From NCBI GenBank assembly GCA_964563715.1, contig CAZLXA010000002.1:9467-73466 (forward strand): DNA of 64,000 bases, read 5' to 3'. A program made the position numbers and the translations under genes. The DNA is from an uncultured Candidatus Saccharibacteria bacterium (GTDB lineage: Bacteria; Patescibacteriota; Minisyncoccia; Phycocordibacterales; UBA9973). This document shows, piece by piece, positions 54,884 through 63,986 of the stretch (position 1 is the stretch's first letter; each line of letters starts with the position of its first letter). The notes beneath the pieces were generated by a model. The model was not told where the DNA came from. It made no database searches and saw only the letters and a program-made list of their open reading frames with translations.

Positions 54884-55795
54884 ATGATTTTAAAAACAAT
54901 TAAACAAAAAGAATATGAATTACTTGATTGTGGTCAAGGGGAAAAACTAGAAAGATATGGGTCGTATGTTTTACGACGACCAGACCCGGAGGCACTTTGG
55001 ATAAAATCAAAAAGTAATGATTTTTGGGAGAAAGCTGAATTAAAATTTATTAGAACTGGAATTAAAACCAAGTGGATAGTTAAAGAAGGTACACCAAAGA
55101 ATTGGGATATTTCATTTGGGGATTTAAATTTTTCAATTAGACCAACATCTTTCAAACATACCGGCCTTTTCCCTGAACAATTACCAAATTGGCAATGGAT
55201 GGAAGAGATAATTACTAGTGTGAGCGGAAAAAGGCCTTGCCTTAAGGGAGCCCAAGGCAAGGCCTTAAGGAGCGAACCCGTCTCTGTCTTAAATCTTTTT
55301 GGCTATACAGGAGGAGCAACACTTGCTTGTGCTAAAGCTGGAGCCGAAGTTTGTCATGTTGATGGCTCCAAAACGGCAGTTGAATGGGCTCGTATTAATG
55401 CGAAATTATCAGGTTTGGAAGATGACCCAATTCGTTGGATTGTTGAAGATGTTTTGGTTTTTTTAAAAAGAGAAATTAAAAGAGGAAGAAAATATGATGC
55501 AATTATTATGGACCCACCGTCATTTGGCCATGGACCAAAAGATGAATTATGGAAAATAGAAGAGCATTTTCTTATATTAATGGAACTTTGTCGTGAGCTA
55601 CTTTCTGATGACCCACTTTTTGTTATTATTAATGGTTATACAGCCGGATATTCAGCCATTGCTTACGAAAATAACTTAAAAGATATGATGAAAGATCATA
55701 CAGGGCAAATTGAAATTGGTGAATTGGCCATAGAACAAACAGACAGTGACAGATTGCTTCCTTGTGGTATATTTGCAAGGTGGAGTACGAATTAG
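54884..55795 (+). CDS. class I SAM-dependent rRNA methyltransferase (RlmI/YwbD-like)
   Basis: VLNLFGYTGGATLACAKAGA motif I and IIMDPPSFG motif IV. Confidence 0.7.
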   Translation: MILKTIKQKEYELLDCGQGEKLERYGSYVLRRPDPEALWIKSKSNDFWEKAELKFIRTGIKTKWIVKEGTPKNWDISFGDLNFSIRPTSFKHTGLFPEQLPNWQWMEEIITSVSGKRPCLKGAQGKALRSEPVSVLNLFGYTGGATLACAKAGAEVCHVDGSKTAVEWARINAKLSGLEDDPIRWIVEDVLVFLKREIKRGRKYDAIIMDPPSFGHGPKDELWKIEEHFLILMELCRELLSDDPLFVIINGYTAGYSAIAYENNLKDMMKDHTGQIEIGELAIEQTDSDRLLPCGIFARWSTN

Positions 55796-55836
55796 GTTCT
55801 AGTAATTAGTTTCTAGTAATTAGTGTAAATTGTGAA

Positions 55837-55940
55837 ATAAAATAAGTCTTTGAAAAATGCCTTGCGCAGAGCGACTGGCTCGAGCAGAGCAAAAACCTAG
55901 CAAGGTTTTATGTGTGCATTTTGAGAAGAGCTTATTTTAT
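55837..55940 (-). repeat. structured ~100-nt repeat, copy C (inverted relative to A and B)
   Basis: The reverse complement aligns with copies A and B. Arms ATAAAATAAGCTCTTCTCAAAATGC / GCATTTTTCAAAGACTTATTTTAT, inner hairpin AAAACC-TTGCTA-GGTTTT. Confidence 0.7.
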
Positions 55941-55958
55941 GAAGCACTTTTTAAATAA

Positions 55959-57122
55959 ATGAATTTAAATAAAAAAACAGTTTTTGTGGGAGTTTCAGGA
56001 GGAGTAGATTCGGCTGTTTCTGCAGCATTACTTAAAGACCAAGGCTACAATGTTATTGGGGTTTTTATCCGAACCTGGACACCTGATTTCATAGAATGTA
56101 CTTGGCGTGATGAAAGACGAGATGCCATGCGAGTTTGCGCTCATTTAGAAATTCCATTTTTAGAATGTGATGCAGAAGATGAATACAAAAAAGGCGTGGC
56201 TGATTATATGATAGAAGAATATAAAAAGGGTAATACTCCTAATCCTGATGTGATGTGTAATCGAGAAGTTAAATTTGGGGTCTTTTTGAATTTTGCCAAA
56301 GAGAGGGGAGCCGATTTTATTGCTACCGGACACTACGCTCGCAATAAGCGAGCTAGTAGAAAGTTGAAAGTAGAAAGTTATAAAGTAAAGAATTTAAAAA
56401 AAATTTATGAACTTGATGAACCTTATGAACTTTTAACTGGGTGCGATAGCACTAAAGACCAAGTGTATTTTTTGTGGACACTTACTCAAGATGATTTAGC
56501 TCATACACTTTTCCCGATTGGTCATTTAAATAAGATTGAAGTGCGCAAATTAGCTATCAAATATAAAATCCCAAATGCTAAAAAAAAAGACAGCCAAGGA
56601 GTTTGTTTCTTAGGACCACTTGATATGAAAGATTTTTTGAAACATTATATTGAAACAAAAAAAGGTGATGTGCTTGATATTGAAGGAAAAATTATTGGCA
56701 GTCATGATGGAGCAGTATTTTTCACATTGGGTGAAAGACATGGATTTACTATTTTTAAACATTCTGAAAAAGATAAGCCTTTATATATTATTGTCAAAGA
56801 CTTAGAAAAAAATACGGTTACGGTATCTACTAAAAATAATTTACCTCTCCCAACCCTCCCCTTATTAAAGGGAGGGCAAGGTTGGGGTCTAAATATGGTA
56901 AACACCAATTGGATTTCTCGTATCCCTGAAAAAGACAAAATTTATACAGCTCAGATTCGTTATCATGGCGAATTACTAAACTGTCAAATTTCTAGAAGTT
57001 TTGGAAGTCCGACTTCCAAAAATATGGAAATTATTTTTGATAAGGAGGTTTTAGTTAATAAAGGCCAATCAATAGTTATATATGATAGCGATATTTGCCT
57101 CGGTGGAGGTGTTGTGGAATAA
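55959..57122 (+). CDS. mnmA: tRNA 2-thiouridine(34) synthase MnmA
   Basis: PP-loop VGVSGGVDSAV, ATGHYAR, KDQVYFL, DSQGVCFLG. Confidence 0.9.
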   Translation: MNLNKKTVFVGVSGGVDSAVSAALLKDQGYNVIGVFIRTWTPDFIECTWRDERRDAMRVCAHLEIPFLECDAEDEYKKGVADYMIEEYKKGNTPNPDVMCNREVKFGVFLNFAKERGADFIATGHYARNKRASRKLKVESYKVKNLKKIYELDEPYELLTGCDSTKDQVYFLWTLTQDDLAHTLFPIGHLNKIEVRKLAIKYKIPNAKKKDSQGVCFLGPLDMKDFLKHYIETKKGDVLDIEGKIIGSHDGAVFFTLGERHGFTIFKHSEKDKPLYIIVKDLEKNTVTVSTKNNLPLPTLPLLKGGQGWGLNMVNTNWISRIPEKDKIYTAQIRYHGELLNCQISRSFGSPTSKNMEIIFDKEVLVNKGQSIVIYDSDICLGGGVVE

Positions 57123-57251
57123 TAATTAAGTAGCAAGTAGCAAGATAATAGTGATTAAGTTTTATGTGATTTACTGGACCAGCGCTATCGCATCCATTTG
57201 GTAAAAAGTAAAACTAATGTTTTTATTTTATAATTTGGTATAATATAAAAT

Positions 57252-57734
57252 ATGCAAAATTTATTTGATTCGGTAACTATTGATATTATTATTCGTTTAT
57301 TTGTGGCTTTGATTTTGGGAATGATTATTGGTACTGAGCGAGTTTGGGCTCATAAAACTGCGGGAATGCGTACTTATGCACTTGTGTCTATGGGTTCAGC
57401 TTTATTTGTTATCATTTCAAATGAAATGGTCGAATACTATGCGAATTTTTCAGGATTGAATCCCTTAATTCTAGTTTCGCAAATTGTTGTTGGGGTTGGA
57501 TTTATTGGGGCAGGTTTAATTTTTACTAAAGATTCGAAATTAGTTGGCTTGACCACAGCCACATCATTATGGGTTTCGGCTGGTATTGGAATGGCTGTCG
57601 GTTTCGAATTATATAATATTGCAATTGTTGCCACATTCCTAACTTTATTTATCTTTATTGTATTATGGTTCGTTGAAGAGCAATTAAAAAAATCAAAATA
57701 TTTCAAAGAAAATAATATTAATGATAGTAATTAA
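57252..57734 (+). CDS. MgtC/SapB family membrane protein
   Basis: GTERVWAHKTAGMRTYALVSMGSALF motif and 4-5 TM helices. Confidence 0.75.
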   Translation: MQNLFDSVTIDIIIRLFVALILGMIIGTERVWAHKTAGMRTYALVSMGSALFVIISNEMVEYYANFSGLNPLILVSQIVVGVGFIGAGLIFTKDSKLVGLTTATSLWVSAGIGMAVGFELYNIAIVATFLTLFIFIVLWFVEEQLKKSKYFKENNINDSN

Positions 57735-57747
57735 AAACTCAAATTAT

Positions 57748-57790
57748 AAATCCACCAGTAGGACTGGTGGATTTAGGGCTTTTTTAATTG
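57748..57790 (+). terminator. intrinsic terminator
   Basis: AAATCCACCAGT-AGG-ACTGGTGGATTT, followed shortly by GGGCTTTTTTAA. Confidence 0.6.
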
Positions 57791-57814
57791 TAGATTTTGT
57801 TGTATATTAAAAAG

Positions 57815-59629
57815 ATGCACTCAAGTGAAATAAGAAACAGGTTTTTAAAATTTTTTCAAAATAGAGAACACGCTCTTGTCCCTTCGGCGTCCCTAGTTAC
57901 CACAACCGAAGCAGGTGAAATGGACGCAACACTATTTAATACAGCAGGAATGCAACCATTTGTTCCATATCTTTTAGGAGAACCCCATCCAAAAGGAGTA
58001 AGATTGGTTAATGTCCAAAAATGCTTAAGAACTATTGATCTAAGTGAAGTGGGTGATAATACGCATAATACATTTTTTGAAATGATGGGGAATTGGTCGC
58101 TTGGGGATTATTTTAAAAAAGAAGCAATAACTTGGAGTTATCAATTTCTCACTTCAAAAGAAGAAGGATTAGGGTTAGATGTTAATCGTCTGTACGTAAC
58201 TGTTTTTTCTGGAAATGAAAAAGTTGAGCGAGACATAGAATCAGTTGAAGTCTGGAAATCATTAGGAATACCAGATCATCGAATATATTACAAGAATTCA
58301 AAATCTAATTGGTGGAGTGCAGGTTTGAATTCTCCAGCCGGACCAAGTACAGAAATGTTTTACGACATCACCGGAGAATTAGGAGATTTAACTCCAGATG
58401 AATTTAATAAATACGAAGATGAGCAGAAAGTCGTTGAAATATGGAATGATGTTTTCATGATGTATAAACTTGAAAATGGTGAAATCAATTCTGAGCTTCC
58501 CCAGAAAAATATTGACACTGGTGCTGGACTTGAACGCATAACTACGATGGTTCAAGGCAAGCAAAGTGTTTATGAGACAGATTTATTTTTACCAATAATT
58601 CGAAAAATAGAAGAACTTTCAGGATTGGAGTATGGAAACAAACGCGATGATGAATATGTAAAAAATGGAGATCACTGCTGGGTTGAAACAAGAAGAAAAA
58701 TTAGAATTGTAGCAGACCATATACGAACTGCAGTTTTTATAATTGCTGATGGAGTTACATCTTCAAATACTGGCCGAGGATATATTTTACGTAGAATTAT
58801 TCGTCGAGCAGTAAGATATTCAGATTTGATTTCTCTTAAACATGGGTCTTTACTTAATCTGGCAGAAATAATAATTGATGAATATAAAGAAGTATATCCT
58901 GAATTATTAGAGAATATAAATATTATTATAAAAGAAATAAAAGAAGAAGAAAATAAATTTCGCCTAACTCTTGAGAATGGTTTAAGAGAATTTGAGAAAG
59001 GTGTGGATGCTTTTGATTTATATCAGAGTTATGGTTTTCCAATCGAGCTGACCGAAGAACTAGCAAAGGAGAAAGGAGTAAAAATCGACAGAGAAGAATT
59101 CGATAAAAAATTAAAAGAACATCAAGTTCTTTCGCGAACATCTAGTGCTGGAATGTTTAAGGGCGGGTTAGCTAATCATAGTGATAAAACTATTCAGCTT
59201 CACACAGCTCATCATCTACTATTAGCTGGATTACAGGCGGTCGTGGGTCTGGAAATCAAACAAAGGGGAAGTAATATAAATGAAGAACGGTTGAGGATTG
59301 ATTTTCTTTGCGACCATAAGTTAACTGATATTGAAAAAAATGAAGTTGAAAATTGGGTTAATGATAAAATAAATAGGAACCTAAGTGTTATTAGAAAAGA
59401 AATGCCACTTCTCGATGCTCAAAAAATTGGAGCGGAAATGGAATTTGGAGCGAAATACCCAGAAGTCGTCTCTATATATTTTGTTCAAGATGAAAATGGT
59501 AATTATGTTTCAAAAGAATTTTGTGGCGGGCCCCATGTTGAAAAAACAGGTGAACTTGGTAATTTCAAAATTCTTAAAGAGGAAGCTGTGGCTTCAGGCA
59601 TTAGACGTATTAAAGCCACTCTTTCCTAA
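57815..59629 (+). CDS. alaS: alanine--tRNA ligase, short form (no C-Ala domain)
   Basis: MHSSEIRNRFLKFFxxxxH, FEMMGNWSLGDYFK, and HTAHHLL plus CGGPHV editing/SAD motifs. 604 aa from the ATG at 57815. Confidence 0.9.
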   Translation: MHSSEIRNRFLKFFQNREHALVPSASLVTTTEAGEMDATLFNTAGMQPFVPYLLGEPHPKGVRLVNVQKCLRTIDLSEVGDNTHNTFFEMMGNWSLGDYFKKEAITWSYQFLTSKEEGLGLDVNRLYVTVFSGNEKVERDIESVEVWKSLGIPDHRIYYKNSKSNWWSAGLNSPAGPSTEMFYDITGELGDLTPDEFNKYEDEQKVVEIWNDVFMMYKLENGEINSELPQKNIDTGAGLERITTMVQGKQSVYETDLFLPIIRKIEELSGLEYGNKRDDEYVKNGDHCWVETRRKIRIVADHIRTAVFIIADGVTSSNTGRGYILRRIIRRAVRYSDLISLKHGSLLNLAEIIIDEYKEVYPELLENINIIIKEIKEEENKFRLTLENGLREFEKGVDAFDLYQSYGFPIELTEELAKEKGVKIDREEFDKKLKEHQVLSRTSSAGMFKGGLANHSDKTIQLHTAHHLLLAGLQAVVGLEIKQRGSNINEERLRIDFLCDHKLTDIEKNEVENWVNDKINRNLSVIRKEMPLLDAQKIGAEMEFGAKYPEVVSIYFVQDENGNYVSKEFCGGPHVEKTGELGNFKILKEEAVASGIRRIKATLS

Positions 59630-59683
59630 TTTTCCACAATTTTAAAAGCTTTTTTATTAATCCTGTAGTATACTATATATATT

Positions 59684-60862
59684 ATGGGATTTTTATTTGG
59701 AAATAAAAAAGAAAAACTAATTGCAATTTTTGATATTGGTTCTGGTAGTGTTGTGGGAGCAATTGTTAAAATACCTAATGATGGTATTGGAATACCAGTC
59801 ATTATAAAATCGATTGATACTGAAATTAAATTTCAAGAAAATTTTGATTTCAATTTATTTATAAATGATATGGTCACAGCTTTACACGCAACAGCTTCTT
59901 CTTTATATAACAAAAAAGTTGGTGCTCCCGATGAAATATATTGTGTCTTAGCTTCTCCGTGGTATTTATCTGAAACTAGAACAATTAAATTATCTCGCGA
60001 TAAACAATTTGTTTTTAATAAAAAATTAGCAAATGAATTAATTCAAAAAGAAGTTGCAAATTTAGCTACAGTCTATGGGGACAAATACAATACCGATGAA
60101 AGTGCTCCAGAAATGATTGAACAACACACTATGGCTGTCGCTCTTAATGGTTACTCCATAAATCAGCCGTTAGGAATTAAATGTAATTCTCTTAAAATGG
60201 AAATGATAATTTCTTTGTCGCCCAAATTATGTTTAGATAAAATTAGACAAACCTTATCAAAAACATTTCATCATACTAAAGTCAATTTCTCATCTTTTAC
60301 TCTAATGTCATATTTAGCTGTGCGCGATAAATATATTAAACAGGATTCTTATCTGTTATTGGATATTAGAGGAGAAATTACCGATGTCGGAATTGTGACA
60401 AAAGGTGTATTGAAGGCGGTATTATCTTTTCCTTTTGGCAAAAAAGCTTTCTTTAAATATATGTGTACAAAAATGGAAATTGAATTACGCGATGCCAAGG
60501 AGTTATTTAAACTATATTCTGATGATAATTTATCGGAAGAATTTAAGAAAAAAGTTATTCCTCTTTTTGATTCAATAAAAAATTCATGGAGTGAAGCTTT
60601 TCGACAGTGTATTAACACACTTCCTCGTTCACTTATTCTCCCAAATACGATTTTCCTAACAGCTGATGATGATATTAAAAATTGGTTTACCGGATTACTT
60701 CAAACTGATGAATATATTAAATCAATGGTTTCTGATCATAAATGTAGTGTTATAACATTAGATGGGCCTGATTTTTTAAATATGTGTGATGTTAAAGATG
60801 GTATTTGTAATCCATTTTTAATGATCGAATCAATCGCCATTATGAGAAAAATTGGTAAATAA
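59684..60862 (+). CDS. actin-fold ATPase-like protein (FtsA/PilM-like), divergent
   Basis: Phosphate-1-like IAIFDIGSGSVVGAIV and phosphate-2-like LLLDIRGEITDVGIV. Confidence 0.45.
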   Translation: MGFLFGNKKEKLIAIFDIGSGSVVGAIVKIPNDGIGIPVIIKSIDTEIKFQENFDFNLFINDMVTALHATASSLYNKKVGAPDEIYCVLASPWYLSETRTIKLSRDKQFVFNKKLANELIQKEVANLATVYGDKYNTDESAPEMIEQHTMAVALNGYSINQPLGIKCNSLKMEMIISLSPKLCLDKIRQTLSKTFHHTKVNFSSFTLMSYLAVRDKYIKQDSYLLLDIRGEITDVGIVTKGVLKAVLSFPFGKKAFFKYMCTKMEIELRDAKELFKLYSDDNLSEEFKKKVIPLFDSIKNSWSEAFRQCINTLPRSLILPNTIFLTADDDIKNWFTGLLQTDEYIKSMVSDHKCSVITLDGPDFLNMCDVKDGICNPFLMIESIAIMRKIGK

Positions 60863-62228
60863 AATGGTTAAAAGAATTTTAGAGGATATTAAAATAGTAA
60901 AAAGGCCAGAATCTTATAAACAAGAAGATAGACAGCTTGATTTACCAACTAAAGAAATAAAAAAAGTTGAACAAGATTATCAGGGAGAAATTAAAAAATC
61001 AAAAATCGACGAATATTTTAGAACTAAAATTTCGAGCGAAAAAAGAATTAACAGAACACCACAAATAAAAAAAGAAAAAAAGATAATTAGTAGACCTGTG
61101 GTTATTATTTTTCTTATTTGTCTTATATTGGGTGCTATTTATTGGGCGGGAAATTTTTTTCAAAAAGCTAATATTGAAATAACTTCAAAACATCAGCCTA
61201 TTTCTTATAATAAGAAGAATTTTACTTCAACCGTAGACGATGATGTAAATACTATTGATTTTGAAATAATGATTGTTTCTGACCAAAAAATAAAAAATTT
61301 TACATTAACAGAACCGGAAAGTGTTTCTATTAAATCAACAGGGATCGTAACTTTTTATAACGAATTTGCAACAACCCCACAAAAATTATTAGCTGGAACA
61401 TTTTTGGCTGATGATACGGGTAAAACATATAAAACTAATGAAATAATAACAATACCGGGATATATACTGGATAATAATAAAAAAATAATTCCCGGCCAAG
61501 CAACTGCCAATATTAGCGCTTTTCTACCAGGTGAAGCTTATAATGGTTCACCCGAAGATTTTTATATAACCTCTTTTAAAAATACTACTAAGTATAATAA
61601 AATATACGCAAAAATAAAGACACCACTAGAAGGTGGGATGAGTGGTATGGTTTATACCTTAAATGAAGATGATAAAACAAATATTAAAACTTTTGCTGAA
61701 ACGATATTTAAAAATGATTTATTGGGAAAAGTTAATGCATTGGTTCCGCCTGGATATATTTTATATCCAAATGCTACGAATTTTTCATATAAAATCAAAG
61801 ATAATGCTATGTCAAAAACATCTGAAGCTGAAATCATAATCGAAGGAGAATTATCAGTAATTTTACTAAATGAAAAAAGCTTGGTTAAAAATATAATTAA
61901 AGTTTCACTTCCTGAAATTACAAAAGAAGAAATAAATGAAATTAAAATTTTAAATATAAATAAGCTTGTGTTTAACTTTTCAAATGTGAATCAATTAATT
62001 ACGAAAGATTTAAATACAATTTCTTTTTCATTAACAGGGGATATTGAGGCTCTTTGGGTACCAAATACAGAAATATTAAAATCGAAATTATTGGGAGTGC
62101 ATAAAGATAATGTCTTGGCAATTTTTCGTCAAGACCCAGGAATATCATCAGCTTTAGTGAAATTATTTCCTCCATGGCAAAAATATATTCCTAGTGATAT
62201 ATCTAAAATAAATATAATCTTAAATTAA
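60852..62228 (+). CDS. bitopic membrane protein (458 aa), overlapping the upstream actin-like gene
   Basis: Basic ~90-aa N-terminus, a single TM helix (VVIIFLICLILGAIYWAG), and a large extracytoplasmic domain. 11-nt overlap with the previous ORF. Confidence 0.5.
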   Translation: MVNKMVKRILEDIKIVKRPESYKQEDRQLDLPTKEIKKVEQDYQGEIKKSKIDEYFRTKISSEKRINRTPQIKKEKKIISRPVVIIFLICLILGAIYWAGNFFQKANIEITSKHQPISYNKKNFTSTVDDDVNTIDFEIMIVSDQKIKNFTLTEPESVSIKSTGIVTFYNEFATTPQKLLAGTFLADDTGKTYKTNEIITIPGYILDNNKKIIPGQATANISAFLPGEAYNGSPEDFYITSFKNTTKYNKIYAKIKTPLEGGMSGMVYTLNEDDKTNIKTFAETIFKNDLLGKVNALVPPGYILYPNATNFSYKIKDNAMSKTSEAEIIIEGELSVILLNEKSLVKNIIKVSLPEITKEEINEIKILNINKLVFNFSNVNQLITKDLNTISFSLTGDIEALWVPNTEILKSKLLGVHKDNVLAIFRQDPGISSALVKLFPPWQKYIPSDISKINIILN

Positions 62229-62450
62229 TTACTTATAAGTTTGGCTTCTAAGTGGTATTGACTATATCGCATAAATGTGCTACTATACAATGATAAGTAG
62301 TTCTTTGATAATTTCGTCTTTTTCATTGGAAACAGTGTTTTAAATATCAATTTTTTGGTATATAGAATACTGTTTCCAAAAATTTCATTTTGGTTCAGTA
62401 AAAATTGAATAATTTAACTCATAAATAATTAACAATTTAAACCTTACCTT

Positions 62451-63986
62451 ATGAAAACCAAATTTTTCTTTTTGACGATCATCGTGGCTTTATGCTTTTC
62501 CACTCAAATAAAAGCACAACAAATTAATTCAGTTGAAACATATATTCAAAGCGTTGGAGTTTCCGGCGCTATGATTAGTGTTACTGCCTACGGTAACACA
62601 ACATACTATTGCTCAATCGTTTATGGCCATGGTGGCTACGGATTAACAGAATTTGAAACGGGAACATATTTTTTGGACCCCAATGTTGAGTGGACGATTC
62701 CGCTTGAAAATTTACTACCAGGTACAACTTACGTGTATATGGTAAAAGTATCCTGGGATAACTACAATTACACTATAACCAGTAGTATCGAAAATTTTTC
62801 GACTTGCGAATGTCCCATGTATGCTAGCTTACAAAATACTTCAAGCACTCAATGCAGTGCTCAACTCGAAGTTATTGAACCGAATGACCCACTTTATAGC
62901 TATCAATGGCTACGAAATGGAGAAATAATTCCTGATGCAAACGATGCTGAGTATAATGCAACTACATCCGGAAATTATTCATTCAGGGCAAGTAGTCTCT
63001 ACTGTGATGTTTCTTCAGATCCAGTATATTTCGAAATCTCAAAGCCTGAATTAATTCTCGTTGCTGATAGTAATTTATGCGCAGGACAAAATACTATGGT
63101 ATTTGCGGGAAATTATGATGAATATCTATGGGAACCTACTAATTTGTTCGATGATCCACATTCGTCACAAACAGTTTTCCGTCCGATTGAAAGCACTGTT
63201 ATAATATTAACAGGCATTTCTAATGGATGTACAGAAGTAAAACAGCAATTCATAGCTATTCATGAACTGCCCCAATTGGGAATATCTTTTCTTGATTCAG
63301 TTTGTATTGAATCAAATGAGCCAATTCAATTGATCGGTTTGCCGTTAGGAGGGACTTTTTTGGGACAAGGAGTTTTTAATCATGGAAATGATTATGCTAC
63401 ATTTAATGCCAACCAGGTAATTTCTTCCGGTATTTACCCAATAGAGTACGTATATCATGACCAATACGGTTGTGGTGGTAGTATTTTCAAACAAATTGTG
63501 GTTACAGAAGAACCCGTTGTGAATGAAATGCTTTCAAAGAACAACAATCTGTATGTTTATGGAATATTCCCGAATCAAATTTTGATTTCTATTAATGGGC
63601 AAAACTATTATTCCTTTCAGCAAAATGAAACGGAGGCAATATTTCCTAACGTGCCAGTTTCAAATGGTGACTATGTTACCATTATGGCAATGGGAACGCA
63701 TGGGTGTTTTATAACCAAAGAATTCCGTTACGGGCTTGGTTATAACGAGGCTGAAAAAGATGAAATTGAAATGTATCCGAATCCATTTTCGGATATCCTT
63801 ACGGTAGAAATACCGGATGGCAAGTATGAAGTTGAAGTTATTGATTTGACTGGCAATATTGCCCAAATGAAATCTGCAACTAGAAATTTCATAATAGAAC
63901 GAAACAATCTTCCTGTTGGTATATACTACTTGAGAATTATTTCAAGTGAAAAAATACTAACCAAAAAAATCCAGGTAATTAATTAA
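62451..63986 (+). CDS. secreted protein with T9SS type-A C-terminal sorting domain
   Basis: Signal peptide ending FSTQIKAQQ, Ig-like YQWLRNGEIIPDANDAEYNATTSGNYSF, and C-terminal MYPNPFSDILTVEI...LPVGIYYLRI...KKIQVIN. Confidence 0.75.
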   Translation: MKTKFFFLTIIVALCFSTQIKAQQINSVETYIQSVGVSGAMISVTAYGNTTYYCSIVYGHGGYGLTEFETGTYFLDPNVEWTIPLENLLPGTTYVYMVKVSWDNYNYTITSSIENFSTCECPMYASLQNTSSTQCSAQLEVIEPNDPLYSYQWLRNGEIIPDANDAEYNATTSGNYSFRASSLYCDVSSDPVYFEISKPELILVADSNLCAGQNTMVFAGNYDEYLWEPTNLFDDPHSSQTVFRPIESTVIILTGISNGCTEVKQQFIAIHELPQLGISFLDSVCIESNEPIQLIGLPLGGTFLGQGVFNHGNDYATFNANQVISSGIYPIEYVYHDQYGCGGSIFKQIVVTEEPVVNEMLSKNNNLYVYGIFPNQILISINGQNYYSFQQNETEAIFPNVPVSNGDYVTIMAMGTHGCFITKEFRYGLGYNEAEKDEIEMYPNPFSDILTVEIPDGKYEVEVIDLTGNIAQMKSATRNFIIERNNLPVGIYYLRIISSEKILTKKIQVIN

